From contig NC_086097.1 in the NCBI RefSeq assembly GCF_963921235.1, positions 119,848,001 through 119,912,000 on the forward strand: a stretch of 64,000 nt of DNA. Reading direction: 5' to 3'. Under the pieces are notes generated by a model. The model made no database searches. It worked only from the letters and a program-made list of their open reading frames with translations, and was not told the DNA's origin. The DNA comes from Mobula hypostoma. Taxonomy: Eukaryota. Shown piece by piece: positions 24,113-36,100 of the stretch; position 1 is the first letter of the stretch; each line of letters starts with the position of its first letter. The position numbers and the translations under genes were made by a program.

Positions 24113-25584
24113 TAGGTCTCTAGGTGTCTGTTCCAAACACCATTACATGTCTTTATATAACAGTCAAAGATTCAATGATTCAAAGTACATTTATTATCAA
24201 AGTATGAATGCAGTATACAACTCTGAGATTTGTCTTCCCACAGACAGCCATGAAACAAAGAAATACCATGGAATCCATTCAAAGAAAAACATCAATCCCC
24301 CCACCCTAGGTAAAAAATAAAAACAAATTGCATAACTAGCAACAAAAGGAAGAGCAAAAAACACAGAATCAAAAACATTCAGGCATATTTGGTTCAGCTC
24401 AGTAATCATTATCTGCAGGCCACCCTCAATTCAAAAGCGCCCAAAATAGCAACAAAAAAAGGAGAGACCAGAAACCAGAAACACATCATAACATGAACTA
24501 CAGAGTCCCGTCCACAAATAAAACATCTTTGCGTTCCCTTTATCCTATTAGTTCTTCTTCATACCTTGCACAGATTGCTTGTCATGTAATTCCTGATGTG
24601 GCCACAGTTTCAAACCTTAATGACGTGCCATATATTTCTGAGTGCAACTGTCCAACGGATTTGGAGAAATAAATAAACTTTGAAGAATTCATGATGAAAC
24701 ACTTGCCCATTTCAGGTCCAAAGTCCACGGTGACTATTGCACCATCCTATGTGCTCAAACAATTTCTTCCATTCTGCCCTGCGCTTTGTGAATTTTTTGC
24801 ACTGTCAGTTAGTGAGGCATCTGATCTTCAAAATTAGTTCTCCTTTCTTTTCAATCCTTGCTCTTCTTCCCCAGCATTCTGTATGTCCTTGGCCCCCTCC
24901 ACTGCTGGGTTGATGGTAAGCACACACTAAAGCAGATGCCTCTCATATTCTGCTTGTGTAGTCAACATGATGTAATGAAAATTGAATTTTCTTACTCAAT
25001 TTTCCAATTCCAGTTTTCACTTTTATTCATGCTGCTTCTATTTACAATGTGGTTTTCATATGTTTATGCACACCATGTTCCATATCGACATTTTAATCTC
25101 CAAGTCTATTTTTAAATAATTCTTTTATTCTTTATAATTGTTGAATGTTGCTGTTTTTGTTACATTGTCATGCCAACACAACACAGCAAATTCCTAACTC
25201 ATGTAAATGTAGATGGCGAATAAAGTTGATCCTTGATAAACTTGCTGCTGGATTTTTTTTTTCAGTTAACCTATTCCCTCTCCATTCCTTTCTTCTCTTC
25301 TCCTGATCTCCCTACTTCCTCCTACACCCACCAAGCCCCCAATCAGTCGGTTTCCTTATCCATCTACTCCATCTACCCATCTCTCACACACTCCACTGGA
25401 TTTCCCCTTCCCACTGTTCCCATCTGTCCACCCCACTTCCCCTTCTTTGCCTCCATGCTCCACTTTCCTTTCCTATCAAATTCCATCAACTACAGCCCTT
25501 CAATGCCCCCACCTAGCACCTCCCAGCCTCCATTTCTACTCTCCCCTTCTCCAACTGTCTATCATCATTGGGGTGCTGGAGAGT

Positions 25585-25930
25585 GACAGAAGATTTGATA
25601 GAGATGTACAAAATTATGTGGGGTATAGATAGCAGGCTGTTTCAAATGTGGGTGGGTGAGCTAGAGATCATAGGTTAAGGGTGAAAGGTGAAATATTTAA
25701 GGGGACCCCGAGGGTGATCTTCTTCACTCAGAGGATGGTGAAAGTGTGGAACAAGCTACCAGATGAAGTGATAGATGCATGTTCAACTTCAGTGTTTAAG
25801 AGACATTTCGATAGATACTTGGATGGGAAGGGTATGGAAGGCTATGTTCTGTGTGTGGGTCGAAGGGACTAGCAGAATCAGTAGAGACCAGATGGGCCAG
25901 AGAGCCTGTTTCTGTGCTGTAGTGTCTGTA
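25585..25930 (+). mobile_element. Old CR1 3' fragment within Penelope remnants
   Basis: Encodes KGEIFKG...FFTQRMVKVWNKLP...FKRHFDRYL. Confidence 0.75.
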
Positions 25931-26710
25931 ACTCCGACACTCCTCACTTGGATTTGCAAGCTCTTGCTTCACCCTTTCTACTCACCTCTTTAGTACTGGC
26001 TAACTCTCCTCTACCTTCCCAGTCCAGATGCAGGCTCACACTTAATTGTCTGCTTTCCTCCCCGATGCTGCCTGACCACCTGGGTCCTTCCAGCGGTTTG
26101 TTTTCCGCTCTCTCAGTTACGCATTCTCTTCTGCCCTGCTCTTGGGCTTTGACAAGGAGGTTTATCCTTCATGGAATACCTGAAGCATTGCAGTTTAGTA
26201 GGTGCTGGAACTTGGAGCAAGAGAAGCAAGAGTTTAAACGCTGAGTCCTTGGCCAGAAACATCTACTGTTTAATCATTTCGATAGATGCTGCCTGACTTG
26301 TTAAGTTCATCCAGTATTTTGAGTTTGTTGACCCAGACTTTAAAAGAGTTAGGTCTCAGGACTTGCTGGTGAGTTCTGCATCACAGGACTCTAAAAGAGA
26401 TACATTTGCAAATTGTTAGTTAGCAACTGATTGGTTAATAAACTAAGTAAAAACAGTTAGTGAAAAGAAGTCAGGGTTAAGCTGAGTGGCATTTCACTTT
26501 GGCAGAGAAGGAACTTGATGTTGGGAGGTGGGTCAGAGGGTCAGAACGTCACCTTGCTGTCAGAGGATTAAGGGGTAGAGATGTCAGGAAGTGATGAAGA
26601 AGGTAAAAGTAGCGAACAGGAGATGATATTGGATAAAAGGAGTTGTATGGAGGAAGGCAAATGGCTGGTTTTTGGAAAATGGAAAATAAGCAGTGAACTG
26701 AGGATTGTAG

Positions 26711-27353
26711 CAACACACATCAAAGTTGCTGATGAATACAACAGGCCAGGCAGCATCTCTAGGAAGAGGTACAGTCGACGTTGCGGGCCGAGACCCTTCG
26801 TCAGGACTAACTGAAGGAAGAGCTAGTAAGAGGTTTGAAAGTGGGAGGGGGAGGGGGAGATCCAAAATGATAGGAGAAGACAGGAGGGGGAGGGATGGAG
26901 CCAAGAGCTGGACAGATGATTGGCAAAGGGGATATGAGAGGATCATGGGACAGGTGGCCTAGGGAGAAGGAAAAGGGGGAGGGGGGGAAGCCCAGAGGAT
27001 GAGCAAGGGGTATAGTCAGAGGGACAGAGTGAGAAAAAGAAGAGAGAGAGAGAGAGAAAGAATGTGTGTATATAAATAAATAACGGATGGGGTACGAGGG
27101 GGAGGTGGGGCATTAGCGGAAGTTTGAGAAGTCAATGTTCATGCCATCAGGTTGGAGGTTACCCAGACGGAATATAAGGTGTTGTTCCTCCAACCTGAGT
27201 GTGGCTTCATCTTGACAGTAGAGGAGGCCATGGATAGACATATCAGAATGGAAATGGGATGTGGAATTAAAATGTGTGGCCACTGGGAGATCCTGCTTTC
27301 TCTGGCAGACAGAGTGTAGGTGTTCAGCAAAATGATCTCCCAGTCTGTGTATT
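26711..27353 (-). mobile_element. Penelope-like element 3' end (GIY-YIG C-terminus plus pseudo-LTR)
   Basis: Minus strand encodes HFNSTSHFHSDMSIHGLLYCQDEATLRLEEQHLIFRLGNLQPDGMNIDF; 12-bp TSD tgaggattgtag at 26699-26710 and 27354-27365. Confidence 0.88.
26773..26808 (-). ncRNA. Minimal type I hammerhead ribozyme, core mutated (GAAA to GCAA)
   Basis: AGTC-CTGACGA-AGGGTCTCGGCCC-GCAA-CGTC-GACT. Confidence 0.65.
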
Positions 27354-28990
27354 TGAGGATTGTAGTGGCTTATCGGCTTATCCTTTAGTGATGAAGGCAG
27401 TAGACAGGGTTTACAGTAAATACAAAAAGGAAGAGTTTAAGGTATTTCTGAGATTTGACTGTGGTCTAGTTTCTGATATCAATCCAATTAGATTAACTAA
27501 GGATTTGAAAAAAAGACATTAGCAAGGAAGTTTACTCTTGGTGTTTTGTAAAGATACTAAGCAACATGAGAAAGCTTTAGAGTTAAAAGCTGTGGGAGGA
27601 AGAAAACTAACCCCAAAGAATTATATTGAATAACAGAGGCTTTGGGCAGTAATTACAGGAGTGCCTCAAGATTCATCCATGGACCAAGTTAAAAATAATA
27701 TAGTTGGGGGACACTAAATGTTTAAAGGGGTTTCATGTGAAGTAAGAACAGATAGCTTATTGGTGTTTCTTAAGTTTGATGGTTAAAAAGTTGCCGGATA
27801 GGGTTAGTTTAGGCTATATGAGTTCTATGGTTCAAGTCTACATGCCGCCCCCCCGCCCCTCTAAGATGTTTTCAGTACCAAAAATTTGATCGTGTAGCAG
27901 CTGTGTGTATGGGGTAAAAAGCAGTGTTGTATATGTGGTAGAGAACATATTTATGGTAATTATGGAGAAGACATTTGGTCAAAATGTAGCAATTGTGAAG
28001 GGGAACATAGCTCTTCTAATACAGGTTGTCCTGTATATAAGAAAAGTGTGTGAATGCAGCGTGTTTGAGTAGAAATAGACATTTCATATGTGGAGGCTCC
28101 TCAGAGAGCGCCAATGAGACCTATTAATATTCAGAATACAAATACTGTAGGCAGATACACTAGTGAAATTTAAGAGACTACTAGACAGGTATATCGAAGA
28201 ATTTAAGGGGGGGGGTTATATGGGATGCAGGGTTTAAGGATCAGCACAACATTGTGGGCCGAAGGGCCTGTACTGTGCTGCACTGTTCTATGTTCTACTG
28301 TAGACTAAATACAGTGTGTTAATTGCATGATTGTATAACAAAGAATCTGTTAATTGTTGATAAACTAAAAATTGCTACTTTAGACCATAAGACATTGGAG
28401 CAGAATTAGGCCAATCGTACAGCACAAACTAAAAGTAGGAGAGAAAAGAATCATTTAAAAGCTGTAGACAAACATCTAGTGATAAAAGACAACACTAGAA
28501 TTTATTACTAGTGCATTACAAGGAGGAGTAAATAATATACTGACTTCAAAGAAGGGCTGTTAGTTTTTTCCTCATTTCTTTTTTTTTGCTATTTTTCTTC
28601 TTTTTTTAATAAATTCTTCAATGAAATGCTAAAAGTTTATTAGCTAATGGTCAGGGGATACTAATGCTACAGTACTCTGTGGAGTTGGAGTGACACATAT
28701 GTGAAAGGGATAGTGGAGGAAGACTTTTTGGCATGCTTAAATGATGCTCAGTAAATAGCGATAATTAATCTCACGTTGGTCTACCAACCACTATTAAATA
28801 GTATTAGAAGAAGAAGAACAGAGTGGCTATTTTGTGAGTGGCTGCTGTTTTGTCACTGGTTGTCTCACTGTGGGCTTTGTTGAATACTGGCCTTCTCAGA
28901 GGAGAGCGAGCAACACTAAGGTGAGGTAAGGTTGGAGTAGTAACACCTCATATTCTGTCTGGGTAGCCTCCAACCTGATGGCACAAATAC

Positions 28991-29470
28991 TGTAGGGTAA
29001 TGTAATTGGTGGAAATGTACATTATTCATAACCACTGACATGGAGTGGGGTTTCACTTTACAAGGCTGGTTTGACGTAATGATGTAATTACTTAAAGGGT
29101 TGTTAGTGTGCTTTGAGTTCAATTTAATTGTGTTCAATAAATAAGTTTCTACGGCTTTTCAGAAACAAAACGCCTCCACTGTTTTATTCGTGAAACCTAC
29201 ACTGGTGATTCCGATGCTCTAGGATGATTTGAAACTGCTGGAGATCTGGGAGCAAGGCATCGTCGCTTGGTTCGTACAAACGAGGCTCAATTCACACTTT
29301 GAGAAATCTCCGCTGATACACCAAGTATTTCTATGTTGTAGTGTCTGTCAGCAACACCACAGCTGCGAGCTTAATGAGTCTACTGGAACACCTGCCAGAA
29401 CACGATGAATACCAATCACTGAAAAAAACATCTTTTACAGATTTTGGACTATCAAAGTCTTAGTCTGCCA
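28991..29470 (+). mobile_element. Gypsy element 5' end: LTR (28991-29201), PBS and start of gag, inserted in a Penelope remnant (~28915-29878)
   Basis: TGTAGG...CCTACA LTR; then ctggtgattccg (PBS-like); then degenerate LKL.EIW...AWFVQ.EAQF...TKYFYVV...FGLS gag N-terminus. Confidence 0.75.
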
Positions 29471-30511
29471 AACTTTTACTCTCCTTGTCTTTCTCTTCCC
29501 ATCACCTGCTCACTATCTTCCTTTGATACCCCTCCTCCTTTGTTTTCTCCCACCCTCCTATCAAATTTCTCCTTCTTCAGCCCTTTACCTTACCCAGCTA
29601 TCACCTCCCAGCTTCACACTTCATCCCCCACACCCCTCCCTACCCACTTTCCTGCTCATTTGGTCTCACCTATCAGCTACTGGCTTGTACTCCTTCCCAT
29701 TCTCACCACCTCCTAATTTTGGTTTCTGCTCCATTATTTTCTAATCCAACAAAGGGTCTTGGCCCAAAATGTTGACTGTTAATTCCACTGAGTAGATGCA
29801 GTCTGTCTTGCTCAGTTCCTTCAGAATTTTGCTTGTGTTGCTTTGGATATCTAGCATCTGCAGAATCCCTTGTGTTTTTGAGGTTGGATTAAGTTCTTCT
29901 TGTTCCTCAAAGCCTTTTAATCATGTTACAGTAGGTGATCTCATACCTCTGTGATGCTCCTCCTGCACAATGTGAAGACTCAGGGAGACTGCCCACGACC
30001 CTGATGACTAATTGTACAGGAACTGTATCCATGGTGCATCTCCTGACAATTACACGAAAACCCTGGAGCTGCACATGGATTTACTTTGGAGCATCTGTGA
30101 TGCGGAGAGTATTGTGGATAGCAGATTTAGTAATTTGGTCAGACAGCAATTTAAGGGCCGAGAGAAAGATAGGAAATAGGTGACTAACAGGCAGAGCAGT
30201 AAAAAGGTAATGCATACCAAGTATGATAGGTTAGACAGGAAGGTAAGGAAGGTGGGGCAGTGCTCTTAATTAAGGATAAGATCACAGCATATCATACAAG
30301 ACTTTAACTTGTATATTCTGTAGATTAAGCAAATCAAATTTGTCAAGGCAATCTTGAGGTAGACTTCATAGAATAAATCTGTAATAGCATTCTTGAACAA
30401 CATATCATTGAACCTACAAGAGAAAATATTATCTTAGATCAGGTCCTATGCAATGATATAGGTAAAATTAACAATCTTGCAGTTAGGGATCCTTTTCATG
30501 GTTTCAAAGAA

Positions 30512-32155
30512 TCATAGAATGCCTCAACACATAAACAGGACCTTTGGCCCATCTGGTCCATACTGAAATATTAATGTGCCTGGTTCCATCGAACTGCACC
30601 CAATCATAGCCCTCCATACCACCCCCCAATCCAAATGTTTCTTAAATATTGAAATCAAAGTTTCATCATCATTTCTGCTAGCAGCTTGTTCCATACTTCC
30701 ATGCAACTCTGAGCGAAGAAGTCCCCGCTCATGTTCACCTTCCACTTTTAACCCATGACCTCTAGTTCTCATCTCACCCAGCCTCAGTGGGAAAAAGCTT
30801 GCTTGCATTTACCCTGTCTATACCCCTTATAATTTTATATACCTTTCTCAAATCTCCCCTCAGTCTTCTACACTCTCGGGAATAAAGTCCTAACCTGTTT
30901 AAACTTTCCCTATAACTCCCCAAGTCCTAGCAAAATTCTTATACATTTTCTCTGCACTCTTTCAATCTTATTGACATCTTTTCTCTAGGTAGGTGACCAA
31001 AACTGCACTATAGAAATACTCCACTTCAGGCCTCATCAATGTCTCACACAAGTTTAACATAACATCCTATCTCCTGTAGTCAAAAGTCTGGTTTACGAAG
31101 ACCAATGTGCCAAAAGTTTTTTTTACAACCCTATCTACCTATGATGTCACTTTCAAGGATTTATGTATCTGTAATTTCGGATCCCTCTGTTTCTTCACAC
31201 TCCTCAGTGTCCTACTGCTCACTATGCAAAATTCTTCTGGTTTGTCCTCCCAAAGTGCAATGCCTCTCACTAGTCTGCATTAAATTCCATTTGCCATTTT
31301 TCAGCCCATTGTTCCAACTGATCCTGATCCCACTGCAAGCTTTAATAGTCTTCTTTGCTGTCCACTGCATCCCAAATCTTGGTGTCATCTACAGATTTGC
31401 TGATCCAGTTTACCACATTATCATCCAGATTGTTGTTATAGATGACAAACAACAATAGAGCTGGCACCGATCCCTGTGGCATACCATTAGTCACGGGCCT
31501 CCAGTAAGAGAGGCAAACCTCTACTACCACTCTCTGGCTTCTTCCTCAAAGACAACTTCTAATCTAATTTACTGCCTCATCTTGAAGACTAAGCGATTGA
31601 ACCTCCTTGACTGATCTCCGATGTGGGACTTTGTGAAAGACCTTTGCCAATAACCATGTAGACAACATCTACTACCTTGCCTTATCATCTTTCCTGGTAA
31701 CACAACTTAACACACACAAAGCCATGTTGTCTATCCAAATATATATATATATATATATATATATCCAGTTCCTCAAAATATTTCCAATAACTTACCCACT
31801 GCTGGTGTCAGCTTCACAGACCTATAATTTCCTGGCTTATTCTTAGATGATTTCTTAAACAATGGAACAACATTAGCTCTCACCAATTCACCATCACCTC
31901 CCCTGTGGCTAAGAACATTTTAAATATCTCTGCTAGGGCCCCTGCAATTTCTGCATTAGCTTCCCATGGGGTTTGAGGAAAGACTTTGTCAGGCCCTGGA
32001 GATCTATCCACCCTAAATTACCTCAAGTCAGCAGATACCTCCTCCTCTGTAACGTGTACATGGTCAATGCTCTCACTGCTGCATTGCCTCACTTCTATAG
32101 ACTCTGTCTGTCTCCAAATAAATACAGATGCAAAAAATTCTTTTAAGGTCTCCCC
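30512..32155 (-). mobile_element. Older CR1 subfamily ORF2 remnant with internal deletions and a (TA)n tract at ~31739-31763
   Basis: Encodes WRPVTNGMPQGSV...SKSVDDTKI and TRGHGLKV; CR1-type tail near 30515. Confidence 0.8.
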
Positions 32156-32205
32156 CTTTATTTGAAGCAAGGAAGGCGGTGAGGCTGTAGCGTATTGGGG
32201 AGGTC

Positions 32206-33152
32206 ATGACAGCTGAGATCGGCCCGTGGTTTGTTCCTCCTGCAGCATGTGGGAAATCAGGGATACTTCCAGTGTCCCTGACGACTATGTGTGCAGGAAA
32301 TGTGTCCAACTGCAGCTTCTGGCAGACAGCATTGAGTGGCTGGAGCTGCGACTGGATTCATACTGGAGCATCCGCGATGCTGAGAAAGCCGTGAATAGCA
32401 GGTTCAGTGAGTTGGCCACACCGCAGGTAAAGGCTACACAGACAGAAAGGGAATGGGTGGCCACTAGACAGAGTAGCTGTAGGCAGGTAGTGCAGGAGTC
32501 CCCTGAGGTCATCTCCCTCCTAAACAGATATACTGTTTTGGATACTGTTGGGGGAGATGTCTCATCAGAGGAAGGCAGCAGCAGCCGAGTTCATGGCACC
32601 ATGGATGGCTCTGCGGCACAGGAGGGAAGGAAAAGGAGTGGGAGAGCTATAGCGGTAGGGGATTTGATTGTACGGGGAATAGATAGGTGTTTCTGTGGCT
32701 GCAAACGAGACACTAGGAGGGTATGTTGCCTCCCTGGTGCAAGGGTCAAGGATGTCTCTGAGTGGCTGCAGGAAATTCTGGAGTGGGAGGGTGAACAGCC
32801 AGTGGTCATGGTGCACATAGGTACCAATGATATAGGTAAAAAATGGGATGAGGTCCTACAAGGTGAATTTAGGGAGTTAGGAGATAAACTAAAAAGTAGG
32901 ACCACAAAGGTAATAATCTCTGGATTACTACCAGTGCCACGTGCTAGTCAGAGTAGAAATAGGAGGATATTTCAGATGAATACATGGCTTGAAAAATGGT
33001 GCAAGGGGGAGGGATTCAAATTTCTGGGAGATTGGAACCAGTTCTGGAGGAGGTGGGACCGGTACAAACAGGACGGTCTGCATCTGGGCTGGACTGGAAC
33101 CAATGCCCTAGGGGGAGCGTTTGCTACTGTTGTTTAGGAGGATTTAAACTAA
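32206..33152 (+). pseudogene. CR1 ORF1 (zinc finger/leucine zipper plus SGNH esterase)
   Basis: CSSCSMWE...CRKC, GDL (GDS serine lost), CLPGA, VHIGTND, DGLHL. Frameshift just after ATG 32206; premature TAG at 33135 ahead of the natural TAA at 33150. Confidence 0.88.
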
Positions 33153-36100
33153 TGTGGCAGGGGGATGGGTACAAGTGCAGAGAGACACAGGGGTGTAAAA
33201 TGAGGGTAGAAGCAAAAAGTAGTAAGGTGAAAAGTAAAAGTGGCAGGCCGACAAATCCAGGGCAAAAATCAAAAGGGGACACTTTTCAACATAATTGTAT
33301 AAGGGCTAAGAGTGTTGTAAAAGCAGGCCTGAAGACTTTGTGTGTCAATGCAAGGAGCATTCGTAACAAGGTGGATGAATTGAATTTGCAGATAGTTATT
33401 AATGAATATGATATAGTTGGGATCACAGAGACATGGCTCCAGAGTGACCAAGGATGGGAGCTCAACGTTCAGGGATATTCAATATTCAGGACGGATAGAC
33501 ATGAAAGAAAAGGAGGTGGGGTGGCATTGCTGGTTAGAGAGGAGATTAACGCAATAGAAAGGAAGGACATTAGCCGGGAGGATGTGGAATTGATATTGAT
33601 AGAGCTGCATAACACTAAGGGTCAGAAAACGCTGGTGGGAATTGTGTACAGGCTACCTAACAGTCGTAGTGAGGTTGGGGATGGCATTAAACAGGAAATT
33701 AGAAATGAGTGCAATAAAGGAACAGCAGTTATAATGGGTGACTTCAATCTACATATAGATTTGGTGAACTAAATTGGTAAGGGTGCTGAGGAAGGGGATT
33801 TTTTGGAATGTATGTGGGACAGTTTTCTGAACCAACATGTCGAGGAACCAACTAGAGAGCAGGCCATTCTGGACTGGGCATTGAGTAATGAGGAATGGTT
33901 AGTTAGCAATCTTGTCGTGCGAGGCCCTTTGGGTAAGAGTGACCATAATATGGTGGAATTCTTCATTAAGATGGAGAGTGACATAGTTAATTCAGTAACA
34001 AAGGTTCTGAACTTAAAGAGGGGGAACTTTAAAGGTATGAGACGTGAATTAACTTAGATAGACTGGCAAATGATACTTAAAGGGTTGACGGAGGATATGC
34101 AATGGCAAGCATTTAAAGATTGCATGGATGAACTGCAACAATTGTTCATCCCAGTTTGGCAAAATAATAAACCAGGGAAGGTAGTGCACCTGTGGCTGAC
34201 AAGGTAAATTAGGGATAGTATCAATTCCAAAGAAGAAACAGACAAATTAGCCAGAAAAAGCGGCTCACCTGAGGACTGGGAGAAATTCAGAGTCTAGCAG
34301 AGGAGGAGTAAGGGCTTAATTAGGAAAGGGAAAAAAGATTATGAGAGAACATAAAAACTGACTGTAACATCTTTTATAGGTAGATGAAAAGAAAAAGATT
34401 GGTTAAGACAAATGTACATCCCTTACCGTCAGAAACAGGTGAATTGATCATGGGGAGCAAGGACATGGCAGACCAATTGAATAACTACTTTGGGTCTGTC
34501 TTCACAAAGGAGGGCATAAATAATCTTCCGGAAATAGTAGGGGACTGAGGGTCTAGTGAGAAGGAGGAACTGAGGGAAATATATGTTAGTAGGGAAGTGA
34601 TGTTAGGTAAATTGAAGGGATTGAAGGCAGATAAATCCCCCGGGCTAGATGGTCTGCATCCCAGAGTGCTTAAGGAAGTAGCACAAGAAATAGTGGATGC
34701 ATTAGTGATAATTTTTCAAAACTCTTTAGATTCTGGATTAGTTCTTGAGGATTGGAGGGTGGCTAATGTAACCCCGCTTTTTTAAAAAAAGGAGGGAGAG
34801 AGAAACCGGGGAATTATAGACCGGTAAGACTGACATTGGTGGTGGGCAAAATGCTGAAGTCAGTTATCAAAGATGTGATAACAGCACATTTTGAAAGCGG
34901 TGAAATCATCACATGAAGGCAGCATGGATTTGTGAAAGGAAAATCATGTCTGACGAATCTCATAGAATTATTTGAGGATGTAACTAGTAGAGTGGATAGG
35001 GGAGAACCAGTGGATGTGGTATATTTGGATTTTCAAAAGGCTTTTGACAAGGTCCCACACAGGAGATTAGTGTGCAAACTTAAAGCACACGGTATTGGGG
35101 GTATGGTACTGATGTGGATAGAGAATTGGTTGGCAGACTGGAAGCAAAGAGTGGGAATAAATGGGACCTTTTCAGAATGGCAGGCAGTGACAAGTGGGGT
35201 ACTGTAAGGCTCAGTGCTGGGACCACAGTTGTTTACAATATATATTAATGACTTAGACAAGGGAATTAAATGCAGCATCTCCAAGTTTGCGGATGACACG
35301 AAGCTGGGCGGCAGTGTTAGCTGTGAGGAGGATGCTAAGAGGATGCAGGGTGACTTGGATAGGTTGGGTGAGTGGGCAAATTCATGGCAGATGCAATTTA
35401 ATGTGGATAAATGTGAGGTTATCCACTTTGGTGGCAAGAACAGGAAAACAGATTATTATCTGAATGGTGGCCGATTAGGTATAGGGGAGGTGCAATGAGA
35501 CCTGGGTGTCATTGTACACCAGTCATTGAAAGTGGGCATGCAGGTACAGCAGGCGGTGAAAAAGGGGAATGGTATGCTGGCATTCATAGCAAGCGGATTC
35601 GAGTACAGGAGCAGGGAGGTACTACTGCAGTTGTACAAGGCCTTGGTGAGACCACACCTAGAGTATTGTGTAGAGTTTTGGTCCCTTAATCTGATGAAAG
35701 ACATCCTTGCCATAGAGGGAGTACAAAGAAAGTTCACCAGATTGATTCCTGGGATGGTAGGACTTTCATATGATGAAAGACTGGATCAACTAGGCTTATA
35801 CTCATTGGAATTTAGAAAATTGTGGGGGGATCTTACTGAAACGTATAAAATACTAAAGGGATTGGACAGGCTAGATGCAGGAAGATTGTTCCCAATGTTG
35901 TGGAAGTCCAGAATGAGGGGTCACAGTTTGAGGATAAAGGGGAAGCCTTTTAGGACCGAGATTAGGAAGAACTTCTTCACACAGAGAGTGGTGAATCTGT
36001 GTAATTCTCTGCCACAGGAAACAGTTGAGGCCAGTTCATTGGCTGTATTTAAGAGGGAATTAGATAAGGCCCTTGTGGCTAAAGGGATCGGGGGTATGGA
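33143..36100 (+). pseudogene. CR1 ORF2 (APE plus RT), multiple stops and frameshifts
   Basis: NARSI, GITETW, MGDFN, SDH, DKSPG, LDFQKAFDKV, FADDTK, RPHLEYC spread over fragmented ORFs. Confidence 0.92.

Larger units (their letters stand above)
26491..28820 (+). mobile_element. I/Nimb-type LINE, internally deleted (ORF1, first codons of ORF2, 3' end)
   Basis: Decayed gag-like ORF1 (INPIRLTK, VITGVP, LPDRVSLGY, LRCFQYQKF..VAAVC, C..CGREH, KCSNCEGEHSS..GCP); APE start ILQ*NAKSLLANGQ at ~28613-28655; (GAA)n tail 28807-28818; gagtggc at 26484 and 28821 as a possible TSD. Confidence 0.7.
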
